Positions 20,319 to 31,680 are shown, counted from the first letter of the stretch. The stretch: 64,000 nucleotides of DNA from Nevskiales bacterium (GCA_041622995.1 JBFJXR010000007.1:2482-66481); one strand, 5' to 3'. Translations and numbers: made by a program. The notes: a model not told the origin generated them from the sequence alone.

Positions 20319-22370
20319 TCATTCCTCCCGGGGAATGTTCTCGGCAGACTTGGGCTTGGGTGCGGCCTTTGGTTTCGCCTTTGGCTTGGCCTTTGCTTTA
20401 GGCTCAGCCTTAATCTTGGTTTTTGCCTTGGCTTTCGGCTTCATGTCGTCTGCCTTGGCGACTTTATCAGCCTTCTCAACTTTCGCAACCTTCACAGGCT
20501 TACCGGCATCAACAATATTGTCTACTTTATTAGGCTTGTGATCGAAAGACTTACTCTTGCCCTTCGGCTTGCCTTTATGTGCAGGCTTTTTGCTATCCGG
20601 GCGACTGAAAGTTGAACGTGCAGGCTTTTCACCTGTTTCAACCTTGCTGATATTCAACTGCTTGCCACTTACCCAGACTTTTTTCAGATCCTTGAAGATA
20701 TCCTTTGGCATGCCGGTTGGCAGATCTATAAGGCTATGGTCATCACGGATGTCTATGCGACCTATGTACTGACTGTCAAGCCCGGCCTCATTGGCAATTG
20801 CACCGACTATGTTCCCCGGCTGCACCTGATTATTATGTCCGACTTCAATACGATAGGTTTCTTTATCGTTATCTTCATCATCACTACGTTCACGACGCGG
20901 ACGCTCCGGACGTTCTGACCGCTCAGGTCTTCCGGAGCGCTCTGGACGTCCTGACCTATCTGGACGTTTACGATCATTCCTGTCTCTGCGACCACGCTCT
21001 TCATTGTCACGTGCAGAATGTTTACGTGGCGGCTCCGGTTTTAGCAGCAACGGTTTTCCTGCCTGCGCCATGCGTAACAGTGCAGCGGCAATTTCAAGAA
21101 GCGGCACCCCCTGTTCGGCTTCAACATCGGTGATCAGTTTCTGGAAATAAGCCATTTCCTTATCGTTTTCGGCAACAGGTAAAACGGCTGCCAGCTTTTC
21201 CTTGAACTCGGCAATGCGCTTGTTGTTGATCATATCAACGGAAGGCAGATCCATTTGCTCGATCTTCTGCTTGGTGGCTCTTTCAATGGCAGCCAGCATT
21301 CGACGCTCACGCGGCGCCACAAACAGGATCGCCTCACCCTTGCGGCCAGCACGACCGGTACGACCGATACGATGCACATAGGATTCGGTGTCGTAGGGAA
21401 TGTCGTAGTTGATCACATGGCTGACACGGTCCACATCAATACCACGGGCAACCACATCAGTGGCGACCAATATGTCCAGACGACCCGCCTTGAATTGCTC
21501 CACGGTCCGTTCACGCAGCTTCTGATCCATGTCGCCATTAATGGCCACAGCATCATGCCCGCGGGCAGCCAGACGGTCAGCCAGGTCGACGGTACCCAGC
21601 TTGGTACGGGCGAAAATAATCACGCCATCAAAATCTTCGCCTTCCAGAATACGGGTCAGGGCATCCAGCTTATGCATGCCGCCCACCATCCACATACGCT
21701 GACGGGTGTTAGACACCGTTGAAGTCTGTGACTTGATGGTGACTTCCTGAGGTTTCTTCAGGTGGTTCTTGGCAATGCGTCGAATCGCCGGCGGCATCGT
21801 GGCCGAGAACAGGGCAACCTGACGCTCGGAAGGCGTCATGGAAAGCACCCATTCCACGTCATCCACAAAACCCATACGCAGCATTTCGTCAGCTTCGTCG
21901 AGTACCAGGCATTTGATGTTATCGAGCTTGAGCGTGCCCTTCTTGATGTGGTCAACCACTCGACCCGGAGTACCCACCACCACATGCACACCCCGGCGCA
22001 GAGCTTTCAGCTGGCCAGCATAAGCCTGACCGCCATAAATCGGTAGCACGTGGAATCCACGCAGGGTAGCCGCATACTTCTGGAAGGCCTCGGCCACCTG
22101 AATCGCCAGCTCGCGTGTTGGCGCCAGCACCAGTACCTGCGGGTCACGCTCTTTCAGATCGAGCATGGATAACAGTGGCAGAGCAAAAGCTGCCGTCTTG
22201 CCAGTGCCCGTCTGGGCCTGCCCCAGTACGTCACGACCTTCCAGCACATGTGGAATGATCTCGGCCTGGATAGGCGAAGGGGTTTCATAACCCACGGCTT
22301 CGAGGGCTTTTAAGATGGGGTCGCTGAGACCCAGCGAATCAAAGCCGGTTGGGGAGGTATCAGTGCTCAT
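20319..22370 (-). CDS. deaD: Cold-shock DEAD-box RNA helicase DeaD/CsdA
   Basis: Q motif, AQTGTGKT, PTRELA, DEADEML, SAT, HRIGRTGRAG, DbpA RNA-binding domain (PGNIVGAIANE). Confidence 0.93.
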   Translation of the reverse strand: MSTDTSPTGFDSLGLSDPILKALEAVGYETPSPIQAEIIPHVLEGRDVLGQAQTGTGKTAAFALPLLSMLDLKERDPQVLVLAPTRELAIQVAEAFQKYAATLRGFHVLPIYGGQAYAGQLKALRRGVHVVVGTPGRVVDHIKKGTLKLDNIKCLVLDEADEMLRMGFVDDVEWVLSMTPSERQVALFSATMPPAIRRIAKNHLKKPQEVTIKSQTSTVSNTRQRMWMVGGMHKLDALTRILEGEDFDGVIIFARTKLGTVDLADRLAARGHDAVAINGDMDQKLRERTVEQFKAGRLDILVATDVVARGIDVDRVSHVINYDIPYDTESYVHRIGRTGRAGRKGEAILFVAPRERRMLAAIERATKQKIEQMDLPSVDMINNKRIAEFKEKLAAVLPVAENDKEMAYFQKLITDVEAEQGVPLLEIAAALLRMAQAGKPLLLKPEPPRKHSARDNEERGRRDRNDRKRPDRSGRPERSGRPERSERPERPRRERSDDEDNDKETYRIEVGHNNQVQPGNIVGAIANEAGLDSQYIGRIDIRDDHSLIDLPTGMPKDIFKDLKKVWVSGKQLNISKVETGEKPARSTFSRPDSKKPAHKGKPKGKSKSFDHKPNKVDNIVDAGKPVKVAKVEKADKVAKADDMKPKAKAKTKIKAEPKAKAKPKAKPKAAPKPKSAENIPREE

Positions 22371-22515
22371 GGGGATTCCGGGGGAAACAATATAAGGAGA
22401 GCTGCGAGCGATGCTGCATCCTTAAAATGCGACGCCCAGCGTTTACGAGGCCGGCATTATACGCGTTTCAGACTATTTTCGTTGGAATTCCATCAATTCG
22501 TTTGCACAGACCCAC

Positions 22516-25500
22516 TCAGGCCTGCTCAAGTGAAGCCTTATCAACCTCTGTCCCACCACCAAACAGTCGTTTGATATCTTCCAGAATCATGTAGTTCACG
22601 GGAATCAGGATCAGAGTAATCGCCGTGGCAAACAGGATACCGAAGCCTAATGAAACCGCCATAGGCTTCAGGAACTGCGCCTGGGTACTTTTCTCGAATA
22701 TCAGCGGCATCAGGCCGGCAAATGTGGTGAGCGAGGTAAGCATCACGGCACGGAACCTTGCGACCCCGGCTTTACTCACAGCTTCAAACAGGGCTGTGCC
22801 CTCAGCTCGGCGCCGGTTGGTGTAATCCACCAGTACAAGACTGTCATTTACCACCACACCCGTCAGGGCGAGCATGCCCATCATGCTGATAAGACTAAGA
22901 TCAAAGCCCAGAATCATGTGACCCAATAGCGAACCAATGACACCAAAAGGGATCACCGACATCACCATGATCGGCTGGAAATAGGATTTAAAGGGAATCG
23001 CCAGTAATACGTAAATCACGAACAGTACGAAGTAGAGCCCGAGCTTGAGGCTGCCGAATGAATCCGCCTGCTCTTCTGCCTCCCCACTGAGCATGGCGTC
23101 CATGCCCGGATGTACTGCGACCAGTTCCTGTGAATAAGCGTACAAATCTGCCTTGATCGCTTCGATGTCGGCGGTTTCCTTGTCGACATCCGAGCTGATA
23201 TTCACGATTCGCCGTCTGTTGATACGCTTGATATTGTCATCACTGCGACCAAAACTGACATAGGCCACTTCACCCAGCGGCACCTCGGAACCCGATAGCG
23301 TGCGAATCCGCATCTGCTCAAGGTCGACCAGAGAATCTCGCTCATCTTTGGGAAAGCGCACCATAACGCGCACATCTTCACGACCACGTTGAATGCGCTG
23401 AGCTTCTATGCCAAAGAATCCGCCACGTACCTGACGGGCAAGTTGTTGCGCCGTAATGCCAAGTAATTCAGCCTCGGGCTTTAGCCGCAACTCGATCTGC
23501 TCCTTGCCGTTGCCTGCCGATGTCGTGACATCGAACACGCCGGCGTAACCCTGCATGCGGGCCTGTAATTTCTCGGCAACTGAATTCAGGGCCTCAAGGT
23601 CGTTGCCCTGCAGCCTGACTTCCAGCGGTGACCCACCCCGGCCGATTTCTGCCCGATAGCTGACTTCCTGTGCCCCGGGTATCGTCCCGATGAGGTCACG
23701 CCACTCACGTACCAGTTCGGAGCTGGTAATCGTCAGGCTGCGTTTTTCCGGTGACACTATTTCAAACATTACACGGCCGACATGTGCGCCCTTGCCCTGC
23801 CCGGTGCCACCATGGCCGGTGGTGGAGAGGATATTAATGATAATGCTCTTTTCCGTGAGCGGATCGATATGCTTGCGCTGCAGTGTCTGGGCTGCTTCCA
23901 GCATGATCTGGATATTGCGGCGGGTTTCTTCGATCGGCGTACCCGGATTCATGGCCAGAGTGGCACGTGCAGTTTCGCTCTGTACGCGTGGGAAAAACAC
24001 GAATCGAAGCTGCCCACTGGCCACAATGGCAAAACTGATAATCAGCGCGGCCAGAAAAAGCGACCAGGTGGTATACCGATGTCGCATGGCGAGTCTCAGC
24101 ACCGGTTGATATCGCTTGATAATGAGTTGCTCGAAGCCATTGGCAAACTTCTGCTGCCACTTGACGAAGAAACCGTGTTTCTCAGGGTCGTCATGATAAG
24201 CCCGCACGTGCTTCATGTGCGAAGGCAGAATCAACTTGGACTCAATCAGGGAAAAAATCAGGGCAGAGATCGCCACAATGGGTATCTGGGCAAACAGCTT
24301 GCCGCGTACGCCCTCAATGAAATAAAGCGGCAGGAAAGCGGCAGCTGTGGTCAGCACGCCAAAAGTGACTGGCACGGCGACTTCCTGCACGCCCCGGATT
24401 GCCGCCATGGTGCTGTCTTTCTCGTGTTGCAGATGACTGTAAATATTCTCGCCCGTGACGATGGCATCATCCACCACAATACCCAGCACCACGATGAACG
24501 CGAACAGGCTGATGATATTAATGGTGGCCCCTAACTGAGGCATCACCATGAGGGCACCCATGAAGCTGATGGGAATACCAATGCAGACCCAGATCGCCAC
24601 CGACATTCTCAGGAACAACGCCAACAGGATAAAAATCAGAATACCCCCCTGAATGGCACTGCGCGTCAGTGTGCCAAGACGCGCCTTGACGATACGGGAG
24701 TCATCACGCCAGTAATCGATTTCATAACCGGCTGGCAGCCATTCCCGGGCATCCGCCACATAGTCCTTGACCGTATCGGCAATCTCAATCGCATTCTGGT
24801 CACCCACACGGAACACTTCGATAACGACTGCAGGCATGCCATTAAAGCGAGATTCAATAGGTGTTTCTTCAAACCCGTCGGTAATCTCTGCCACATCCGC
24901 CAGCGTGACATGCGTACCATCGGGCCGGGACAGCACCACAACCTTCTCGAAATCGCTCTTGGTATACGCCTGGCCACGGGTGCGAACCAGATAGTCCCCG
25001 GATTCGGTACGGACCTCGCCGGCTGAAAGATCCAGTGATGATCGCTTGACGGCTTCGGACAGCTCGGTCAGTGTCAGCCCGTAGGCGTCCAGAGTATTGG
25101 CCGACACTTCTATGGAGATTTCGTAGTTACGGACCGCATCCAGCTCAAGCTGGGTCACACCCGGCAAATTGCTCAGCTCATCCCGAACCCGCTCACCCAT
25201 CTGTCGTAAAGCCAACTCGGTGTCATTGCCGGCGATGACCACGGAAATAACATCCCGCTTGAACTGGGCAATGCTGTAAATCGGACGCTCAACCTCAGCA
25301 GGGAAATTGCTGATGGAATCGACCTTGTTCTTGATGTCATCCAACAAATCACGCGGGTCATAGCCCGCTTCAATCTCAACCGTGACACTCGCACCCCCCT
25401 CTCGCGCATTGGCGGTGATTTCCTTGATGCCTTCAATATCGTGAATGGCTTCCTCAACACGTAGCACCACCCCTTCTTCAGCTTCTTCAGGCGTGGCCCC

Positions 25501-25653
25501 ACGGAACGAGAACTGGATACTGACGACTTCCAGCTGGAAGTTCGGGAAGACTTCCAGCGGCAGGCGCGAAGTCATTGAATGCAGACCCAGAGCTGCAATC
25601 GCAAACATCAGCAGATTGGCTGCAACCCCGTTACGGGCAAACCATTCAATCAC
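22516..25653 (-). CDS. AcrB/AcrD/AcrF family RND transporter
   Basis: 1045 aa, GIVVDDAIV, GVVVNDSLV, RFRAVMLTSLTT. Confidence 0.92.
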   Translation of the reverse strand: MIEWFARNGVAANLLMFAIAALGLHSMTSRLPLEVFPNFQLEVVSIQFSFRGATPEEAEEGVVLRVEEAIHDIEGIKEITANAREGGASVTVEIEAGYDPRDLLDDIKNKVDSISNFPAEVERPIYSIAQFKRDVISVVIAGNDTELALRQMGERVRDELSNLPGVTQLELDAVRNYEISIEVSANTLDAYGLTLTELSEAVKRSSLDLSAGEVRTESGDYLVRTRGQAYTKSDFEKVVVLSRPDGTHVTLADVAEITDGFEETPIESRFNGMPAVVIEVFRVGDQNAIEIADTVKDYVADAREWLPAGYEIDYWRDDSRIVKARLGTLTRSAIQGGILIFILLALFLRMSVAIWVCIGIPISFMGALMVMPQLGATINIISLFAFIVVLGIVVDDAIVTGENIYSHLQHEKDSTMAAIRGVQEVAVPVTFGVLTTAAAFLPLYFIEGVRGKLFAQIPIVAISALIFSLIESKLILPSHMKHVRAYHDDPEKHGFFVKWQQKFANGFEQLIIKRYQPVLRLAMRHRYTTWSLFLAALIISFAIVASGQLRFVFFPRVQSETARATLAMNPGTPIEETRRNIQIMLEAAQTLQRKHIDPLTEKSIIINILSTTGHGGTGQGKGAHVGRVMFEIVSPEKRSLTITSSELVREWRDLIGTIPGAQEVSYRAEIGRGGSPLEVRLQGNDLEALNSVAEKLQARMQGYAGVFDVTTSAGNGKEQIELRLKPEAELLGITAQQLARQVRGGFFGIEAQRIQRGREDVRVMVRFPKDERDSLVDLEQMRIRTLSGSEVPLGEVAYVSFGRSDDNIKRINRRRIVNISSDVDKETADIEAIKADLYAYSQELVAVHPGMDAMLSGEAEEQADSFGSLKLGLYFVLFVIYVLLAIPFKSYFQPIMVMSVIPFGVIGSLLGHMILGFDLSLISMMGMLALTGVVVNDSLVLVDYTNRRRAEGTALFEAVSKAGVARFRAVMLTSLTTFAGLMPLIFEKSTQAQFLKPMAVSLGFGILFATAITLILIPVNYMILEDIKRLFGGGTEVDKASLEQA

Positions 25654-26843
25654 GGCGCGGCTTGCTCTTGTTGTGGTGGCTTATCACCTGGAAGCCGTAC
25701 CTGCATGCCCTGCACTGCACCGGCTGGCAACGTAGTTACGAGTTGTTCACCCGCCTTGATACCCGCCGCAACAACGACTTCATTGCCCGAACGCCAGACC
25801 ACATCCAGCGCCCGTTCAACCAGACGTTTTTCTTCATCCAGCACATAGGCGAATACTTCACCCTTGATGGCAGAAGCAGGGATTACTAAGACATCTCTTA
25901 ATGTCCTGCCCTCGATTTCTGCCTCAACATATTGGCCGACTTTGAGCGGTGGACGTCCTGCCTCATTGCTGGCGTAGGGATCGTCGATGCTTGCCACCAC
26001 AAAGGTCTGGCGACTGCTGTTGTCGATAGCCCCCTCGCTACGCACGATACGGCCCTGCCATTCATGGCGTTGGTCACCCACCTGTGCTGATATTTTCACG
26101 ACGGGACCGGGTTCTGACCTGTCTTGATCACGGTACTGTTCCGGAATACTCAGCTGCGCCAGATGACGATTGCTCAATGGTAAACGCACTTCAACTGCAT
26201 CCGTAGCATAGACCTCACCCAGCACTAAGCCGGGATTGACGACCTGACCGATATCGACTTTCTGGGAAAGCACCCTGCCGTCATAGGGCACGCTGATTCG
26301 GGTACGACTGAGATTCAGTTTAGCCTGAGCCAGTCGCGCTTCAGCCGCTGCCAGGTTTGCCCGGGCCGAATCCAGTTGTGGTTTACGCAGCGTCAGATCA
26401 CTGGGAAGCTCGGTCCCGCCCAATCGCTCCCAGTCACGTGCAGCCTGCGCCGAACGTGCCTCTTCCTCGGCCAGCATTTGCTGGGCACGGATTTTTTCAG
26501 CCTCGGCAATGGTGACCGCTGAGCGATAATCACGTGGATCAATCTGTAGCAGCACTTCATTGGCAGAGAAATACCCTCCATCCCTGAAGTTCGAATTCAC
26601 CCGGACCACCTCACCCCCGACTTGTGCAACCAGGGTTGCCTGGGTGCGAGCCTGTACCTCGCCGCGACTGGTAACCCACACGGCATAGTCAGAGGACTCG
26701 ACAGTCATCACTTTTACCGCCGGGGCAGGGGCACGCGGGGCCTGCCGTTCGGCCGGCGCGCGGTTACTGATCATGACGCGAGAAATGATGATCGCTACGA
26801 TAATCACCGCAATTGGCAAAAGAATTTTTTTCAGTTTATCCAT
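25650..26843 (-). CDS. RND periplasmic adaptor (membrane fusion protein)
   Basis: N-terminal TM, lipoyl halves flanking a coiled coil, RTRISVPYDG; ATG 26843 overlaps the OMF stop. Confidence 0.88.
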   Translation of the reverse strand: MDKLKKILLPIAVIIVAIIISRVMISNRAPAERQAPRAPAPAVKVMTVESSDYAVWVTSRGEVQARTQATLVAQVGGEVVRVNSNFRDGGYFSANEVLLQIDPRDYRSAVTIAEAEKIRAQQMLAEEEARSAQAARDWERLGGTELPSDLTLRKPQLDSARANLAAAEARLAQAKLNLSRTRISVPYDGRVLSQKVDIGQVVNPGLVLGEVYATDAVEVRLPLSNRHLAQLSIPEQYRDQDRSEPGPVVKISAQVGDQRHEWQGRIVRSEGAIDNSSRQTFVVASIDDPYASNEAGRPPLKVGQYVEAEIEGRTLRDVLVIPASAIKGEVFAYVLDEEKRLVERALDVVWRSGNEVVVAAGIKAGEQLVTTLPAGAVQGMQVRLPGDKPPQQEQAAP

Positions 26844-28245
26844 TCGTTTTCTTTTCCTGGCTGCTCTCGGCCATTTTGAAATTTCCGCCGAGAGCCACAA
26901 ACAGGTTAATTCGATTCTGTAGCCGCTGATTACGCAAGTCGATCAGACCACGTCTTGAATCCACCGCTCGCCGCTGGGCATCCAGTAATGTGGTGATATC
27001 CACCAATCCGGCAGTGTAGCGTTCCTGTGCCAGTGCTTCAGCACGGACAGATTCATCCGCAGCCTGACTCAATGCCTGCTGCTGTGCCTCTAAAAATTTC
27101 TCGGTGCGTAACGCAGATTCGACCTCACGAAAGGCATTGAGTGCCAGCGATGCATAATTCAGTACGGATTGTGCCTGCGTGGCGGCAGCCAGTTCTCGCT
27201 CAGCCTCCAGCCGCCCGGCCTGAAACAGGGGGGCGGTCAACTGACTGGCTATACGCCAAACCAGATCATCCAGATCAAACAGGTCGCCGATATCATCATT
27301 CCTCGCGCCGTAGGAAGCCGAGAGATTCACGCCTGGCAGGTAATTCCTGTTGGCCGCCCTGAGGCGCTCACCTTCGGCCAGCATTTTCAAATGTGCCGCA
27401 CGTAAATCAGGCCGGCGCTCTACCAACTGGGCAGGCACACCTGCACCGGGCACGGGTGACAAGTCTGGGATTTTATCTGCCACCGCAAGCTCATTTGAGG
27501 GATAGCGCCCCAGCAGGGTTTCCAGTTGCAGTACGGTGTTATCGGCCTGAATGCGTCGTGCTTCAGTCTGACTACGGGCCGATTCCAGATTGGCTCTAGC
27601 CAGGGTCACATCAAGCGCATCGCCAATACCATGCCGATATCGGGTCTCGATCACTTCGAGGTTATTGGCAAAGCTTGTTTGCGTAGTTTCGGCAAAAACC
27701 ACCTGGCGCCGAGTGGTAATCGCATCGTACCAGGCACGAGCGATATTGGCTGACAGGGAGAGACGAGCGGCCTCCAGATCGGCATTGGCCGCTTCGACGT
27801 CCAGTACCGCGCCACGGGTTTTACTGGTCAGCCGCTGCCAGACATCCAGCTCCCAGCCAAGCAGCAGATTCAGACTGAAGTCATTCGACTTGATTGTGCT
27901 GCCCGCCACATCCTGCCCGCTACGCGCCGCTTCAAACTGGGTTGACAACTGTGGCCAGCGACCTGCATTGCTTGCCTTGCGCTGGGCCTGAAAACTCTGC
28001 ACCCGGCTAGCTGTACGTTGCAAATCAAAATTGCCACTTAAGGCTTCGTCGACCAGTGATTTCAACTGTTCGTCTGAAAAGCTGGAAAGCCAGTCCTGTA
28101 TAACGGGCCTGTCGCTATCTGGTGCCTGCCATGATTCAGGCGCGGGCACATAGGTAAAAACATCCTGATCTTTGACTGAAATTGCACAGGCAGTGGCCGT
28201 GCCTGTCAGCACAAGCAGCAGCCCGCGGCCAATGATTCCGATCAT
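26836..28245 (-). CDS. Outer membrane factor lipoprotein (OprM/TolC family)
   Basis: Lipobox ATAC, WELDVW, RRPDLRAA, NLFVALGG. Confidence 0.9.
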   Translation of the reverse strand: MIGIIGRGLLLVLTGTATACAISVKDQDVFTYVPAPESWQAPDSDRPVIQDWLSSFSDEQLKSLVDEALSGNFDLQRTASRVQSFQAQRKASNAGRWPQLSTQFEAARSGQDVAGSTIKSNDFSLNLLLGWELDVWQRLTSKTRGAVLDVEAANADLEAARLSLSANIARAWYDAITTRRQVVFAETTQTSFANNLEVIETRYRHGIGDALDVTLARANLESARSQTEARRIQADNTVLQLETLLGRYPSNELAVADKIPDLSPVPGAGVPAQLVERRPDLRAAHLKMLAEGERLRAANRNYLPGVNLSASYGARNDDIGDLFDLDDLVWRIASQLTAPLFQAGRLEAERELAAATQAQSVLNYASLALNAFREVESALRTEKFLEAQQQALSQAADESVRAEALAQERYTAGLVDITTLLDAQRRAVDSRRGLIDLRNQRLQNRINLFVALGGNFKMAESSQEKKTNG

Positions 28246-28255
28246 TAAGCTGGAA

Positions 28256-29503
28256 TCAGTTCAGATTCAATCGCAATTTACCCGTGCGTACACGTTGCGG
28301 ATGATCGCCTACCGGTACACTTGCGACTTCCTTTGCCGTGTCAAAATCAATCACGGAAACGCGATCCTGCTGACTAATCGAAACGTAGCAATAATTACCC
28401 ACAGCACTTTCTGTTGACCAATAGGGCTTGGAGCCGAGAGGGTCTTCCGATAGCTGTACCAGTTTGTATTCAAAGCTTTCGCGATCAACGATAGCCGCAT
28501 AACCCGACATCGTTCCGGCCACACAGAGCTTGGTGCCGGCATGATTCATGGCGAGGCCATGATGGGCAGAGTTAAGTTGATACTTCCAGGTGGGTAACTC
28601 CTGGATTTCTTGTGGCACTGGCAGATTGGCGACTCGAGTAATCTTCTCGTTGATCAGGTCGTATTCAAAAAAGCCATGGAAGAAAGATACCTGCAGGTAG
28701 GCAAACTTTTCATCCGGGGATACAGCCATTGGGCGCACAGCCGAGTCTACCCATGGATGCCCGAATTCCTCGAGCTTCTCACCGATATCCACCTGACTGA
28801 TGGTTTCGAAGGTTTCACCATCAACCACCTGGAACAGACGATCGCCTTTCAGCCAATCAAAGATTTTAGAGGTGGTCGGCACAAACACGCGGCCAATACT
28901 GGCGTGATATATGCGCTTGCCATCTTTTGAGTAATTGCTTTCGTGCGGCTGATCACCGGTTTCGAAACCGGCAACAATCTTGCCGGTAGCAGTATCAATT
29001 GCATGCACCTTGCCGGCCGTCGATGCAGACACCAGGAAGATTTTCCCATCAGGTGAAATGGCAGAGTGATCAGCACGATAGCCTTCCACCGGTGTACGCC
29101 AGACTATCTCGCCACTGTTCACATCAATGGCCACCACATCAGCATAACTAGGCCGCGACACGAACAAGTGACGACCATCATTCGAAGTGAACATGTCGTC
29201 CACCATCTGATCATTGCCTTCACCAATAAAGTTTCGAATCAGATGGAAATAGAGTTTGCGAATAAAACTGGAATTGATTTCCTCGAGACGCTCTTCCCGG
29301 TCCGGCACGATATTCAGGCGTTTGATGACCTTGAAGGTATACGGATCAAAGATATCGGCCGTACCATCCCAGTTATTACCGACAACGACTACATCACGCA
29401 GTGGCGCTTCTGCCAGGACCACTGTTGACTGCAGGCCAACGAGACTGACGAACAATACCGCCAGTCGCTGCAATACCGCATTGGACGGCTTATATGTCTT
29501 CAT
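28256..29503 (-). CDS. Secreted YncE/YVTN-like beta-propeller protein
   Basis: Signal peptide; repeated SPDGK/SKDGK/SPDEK blades; [10 protein letters not shown]-terminus. Confidence 0.75.
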   Translation of the reverse strand: MKTYKPSNAVLQRLAVLFVSLVGLQSTVVLAEAPLRDVVVVGNNWDGTADIFDPYTFKVIKRLNIVPDREERLEEINSSFIRKLYFHLIRNFIGEGNDQMVDDMFTSNDGRHLFVSRPSYADVVAIDVNSGEIVWRTPVEGYRADHSAISPDGKIFLVSASTAGKVHAIDTATGKIVAGFETGDQPHESNYSKDGKRIYHASIGRVFVPTTSKIFDWLKGDRLFQVVDGETFETISQVDIGEKLEEFGHPWVDSAVRPMAVSPDEKFAYLQVSFFHGFFEYDLINEKITRVANLPVPQEIQELPTWKYQLNSAHHGLAMNHAGTKLCVAGTMSGYAAIVDRESFEYKLVQLSEDPLGSKPYWSTESAVGNYCYVSISQQDRVSVIDFDTAKEVASVPVGDHPQRVRTGKLRLNLN

Positions 29504-29517
29504 GTTGTATTCCTTTA

Positions 29518-30204
29518 TCAGGCAGCTACACGTGCTGCCAATGGGGTGTCATATTTTACTGCGCCCATTATCTGCACTTCCTGGGCCATGACTTTCTTAA
29601 CCGGCTCAAGCTCAAAAAACCGCTCTACAAATGCCTGCAGGTTAGGCGCTGTATCTGGAATAGTCTGGTTACAGTGGTATAACGCGAGCATCAAACCACC
29701 AACAGCAATATCGGCAATACTCACTTTACCGCCTGCCAGCCATTCCTTACCTTCCAGTTTATCGTTCAGAAACGCATAAATAACGGGCAATTCTTCAGTA
29801 ATTGCCTTGTCAATGTCTTCCTGGATGATTGCACGATTAAACAGACGCTCAGCCAACACCATCTCGGCAAACAGATGGCCGCCAATGACTGGTGTCATGA
29901 TCGTGTCGGCATATTCCTCAAACCACAGCGCCTCAACAAAGGCAGCAGGGTCTTCAGGCAACACCTTATCGCCCGCATAAAACTTGCTCACGTAATGCGT
30001 AATCACCGTGGAATCAGCAAAGGATGCATTTTCATCCTTGAAGGCAGGAATCTTTCCCAGAGGGCTCGCCGCCTTGAAATCGGCGTTATCTGCATGCGGC
30101 GCGGTGATCTCATAATCATGATCGATGCCCTGAAACAAAAGCACCAGTGCGGCCTTGCGGCTATAAGGTGAAAAAGGGTGACCGAACAGTGTTGGCTTGG
30201 ACAT
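29518..30204 (-). CDS. Glutathione S-transferase
   Basis: [26 protein letters not shown]. Confidence 0.9.
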   Translation of the reverse strand: MSKPTLFGHPFSPYSRKAALVLLFQGIDHDYEITAPHADNADFKAASPLGKIPAFKDENASFADSTVITHYVSKFYAGDKVLPEDPAAFVEALWFEEYADTIMTPVIGGHLFAEMVLAERLFNRAIIQEDIDKAITEELPVIYAFLNDKLEGKEWLAGGKVSIADIAVGGLMLALYHCNQTIPDTAPNLQAFVERFFELEPVKKVMAQEVQIMGAVKYDTPLAARVAA

Positions 30205-30320
30205 GACTATCTCCGGGCTGTACCTAATATATTTTTGGACAGTAAAGATAGTGGATTATGGGAATAAAGACACCCCTGTATGTGTTCTGGTTCTATAAAT
30301 AGTGTGAATGTCACACATCC

Positions 30321-30399
30321 CGTTATTTCGACGGAGCGAGTGATTGGAGAAATCTCAGCGATTAAGATATCTCCACTCGCAAGCCCGGTCGAGATGACA
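30321..30399. repeat. Palindromic intergenic repeat, GTCATTTCGA...GGAGAAATCT...TCTCC...TCGAAATGAC-type family, copy 1
   Basis: CGTTATTTCGAC..GATTGGAGAAATCT..AGATATCTCCA..GTCGAGATGAC. Confidence 0.7.
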
Positions 30400-30510
30400 T
30401 GACTGAATTGCTTTATTTCCTGACGCCGATGGCAATGACAAGTCTGCTTGGGGAGATTACTACCACCCTCAACGACTATACTGTGCGTCTGACTAATAAA
30501 AGGATAAATC

Positions 30511-31545
30511 ATGCAATTGCCTGAAGAACTATTCCAGTGGGGTCCGGTGCGCTGGCGCAAACACCTGGAAAGCTACTGCGACGCACATAACCTTGAGGCC
30601 TCATGGCAATTGGGCCTGACGCTCATGACATTGCTGGGATTATGGGTGCTCGGCCACACCGCATTGTCTGTATCACCGCTGCTAAGTCTGCCCATATCCT
30701 GTGTCGCAGGCGGGTTCATCATTCGCACCTTTGTTATTCAGCATGACTGCGGCCACCTCGCATTCTTCAGCAACCGCCGGGCCAATTACCTGGTTGGGCG
30801 CTTTATTAGCGTAATTACCCTGGTGCCCTTTGATCACTGGCGAGTAATGCATGCCCGCCATCATGCAACCTCCGGCAACCTGGAAGGTCGAGGTACCGGT
30901 GACATCGACACCCTGACTGTGGCCGAATATCAGGCACTACCACGCATGCAGCGAATCGGATATCGCATATACCGGCATCCGTTGGTCCTACTGGGAATAG
31001 GCCCGTTCTACTTCTTTGTATTAAAACAGCGTCTGCCATTTGGCCACCCGCTGCCCTGGCGACGCGGTATTCGCAGCGTACTGTGGACCAATCTCGCCAT
31101 CGCCGGACTGTGGGCCGGACTGATTGCCCTATACGGCTGGCAACAGTTTCTATGGCTGTACGTGCCAACAATCATGAGCGCTGGCGCTATAGGTGTGTAC
31201 CTGTTTTATGTGCAGCACCAATATCCGGAAGCCTATTGGCGACGTCGTGACAGCTGGACCTTCACCGAAGCAGCCTTGCATGGCAGTAGCTACCTGAAAC
31301 TGCCACGCAGTCTGCACTGGCTGACAGGTAACATTGCCTATCACCATGTACATCATTTGTGCAGCCGCATCCCCTCTTACCGCCTGTCGGAATGCCTTAA
31401 GGCAGAGCCGCTGCTACAGGAAGCGAATGCACTGGGTTTTTGGCAGAGCTTCAAGACTCTGCGACTCAGCCTATGGGATGAAGCCCAGGAATGCATGGTG
31501 TCGTTTTCTGCCATGCGTGCACGGCTGGCAGCAGAGTCCGCCTGA
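30511..31545 (+). CDS. Membrane fatty acid desaturase (Des/DesA-type)
   Basis: His boxes HDCGH, HARHH, HHVHH; YLFYVQHQY. Confidence 0.9.
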   Translation: MQLPEELFQWGPVRWRKHLESYCDAHNLEASWQLGLTLMTLLGLWVLGHTALSVSPLLSLPISCVAGGFIIRTFVIQHDCGHLAFFSNRRANYLVGRFISVITLVPFDHWRVMHARHHATSGNLEGRGTGDIDTLTVAEYQALPRMQRIGYRIYRHPLVLLGIGPFYFFVLKQRLPFGHPLPWRRGIRSVLWTNLAIAGLWAGLIALYGWQQFLWLYVPTIMSAGAIGVYLFYVQHQYPEAYWRRRDSWTFTEAALHGSSYLKLPRSLHWLTGNIAYHHVHHLCSRIPSYRLSECLKAEPLLQEANALGFWQSFKTLRLSLWDEAQECMVSFSAMRARLAAESA

Positions 31546-31558
31546 TACTGTGCAGAAT

Positions 31559-31585
31559 AATGACGGGGTCATATACCCCGTCATT
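31559..31585. terminator. Hairpin, probable bidirectional terminator
   Basis: AATGACGGGGT-CATAT-ACCCCGTCATT between convergent genes. Confidence 0.5.
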
Positions 31586-31674
31586 TCAATTTAGCGAATG
31601 AAATGAGCGATTGGAGAAATCTTACCGTTTAGGTTTCTCCATTACGTCGCTTTGCGACTTCAGTCTACATGACG
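31579..31674. repeat. Palindromic intergenic repeat, copy 2
   Basis: CGTCATTTC..GATTGGAGAAATCT..AGGTTTCTCCATTACGTCGCTTTGCGACTTCAGTCTACATGACG. Confidence 0.7.
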
Positions 31675-31680
31675 ATGGTC

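Noticed and set aside
30207-30560. 117-aa ORF between GST and des
   Set aside because: Crosses a palindromic repeat and the divergent promoter region, overlaps the des start, and has no motif
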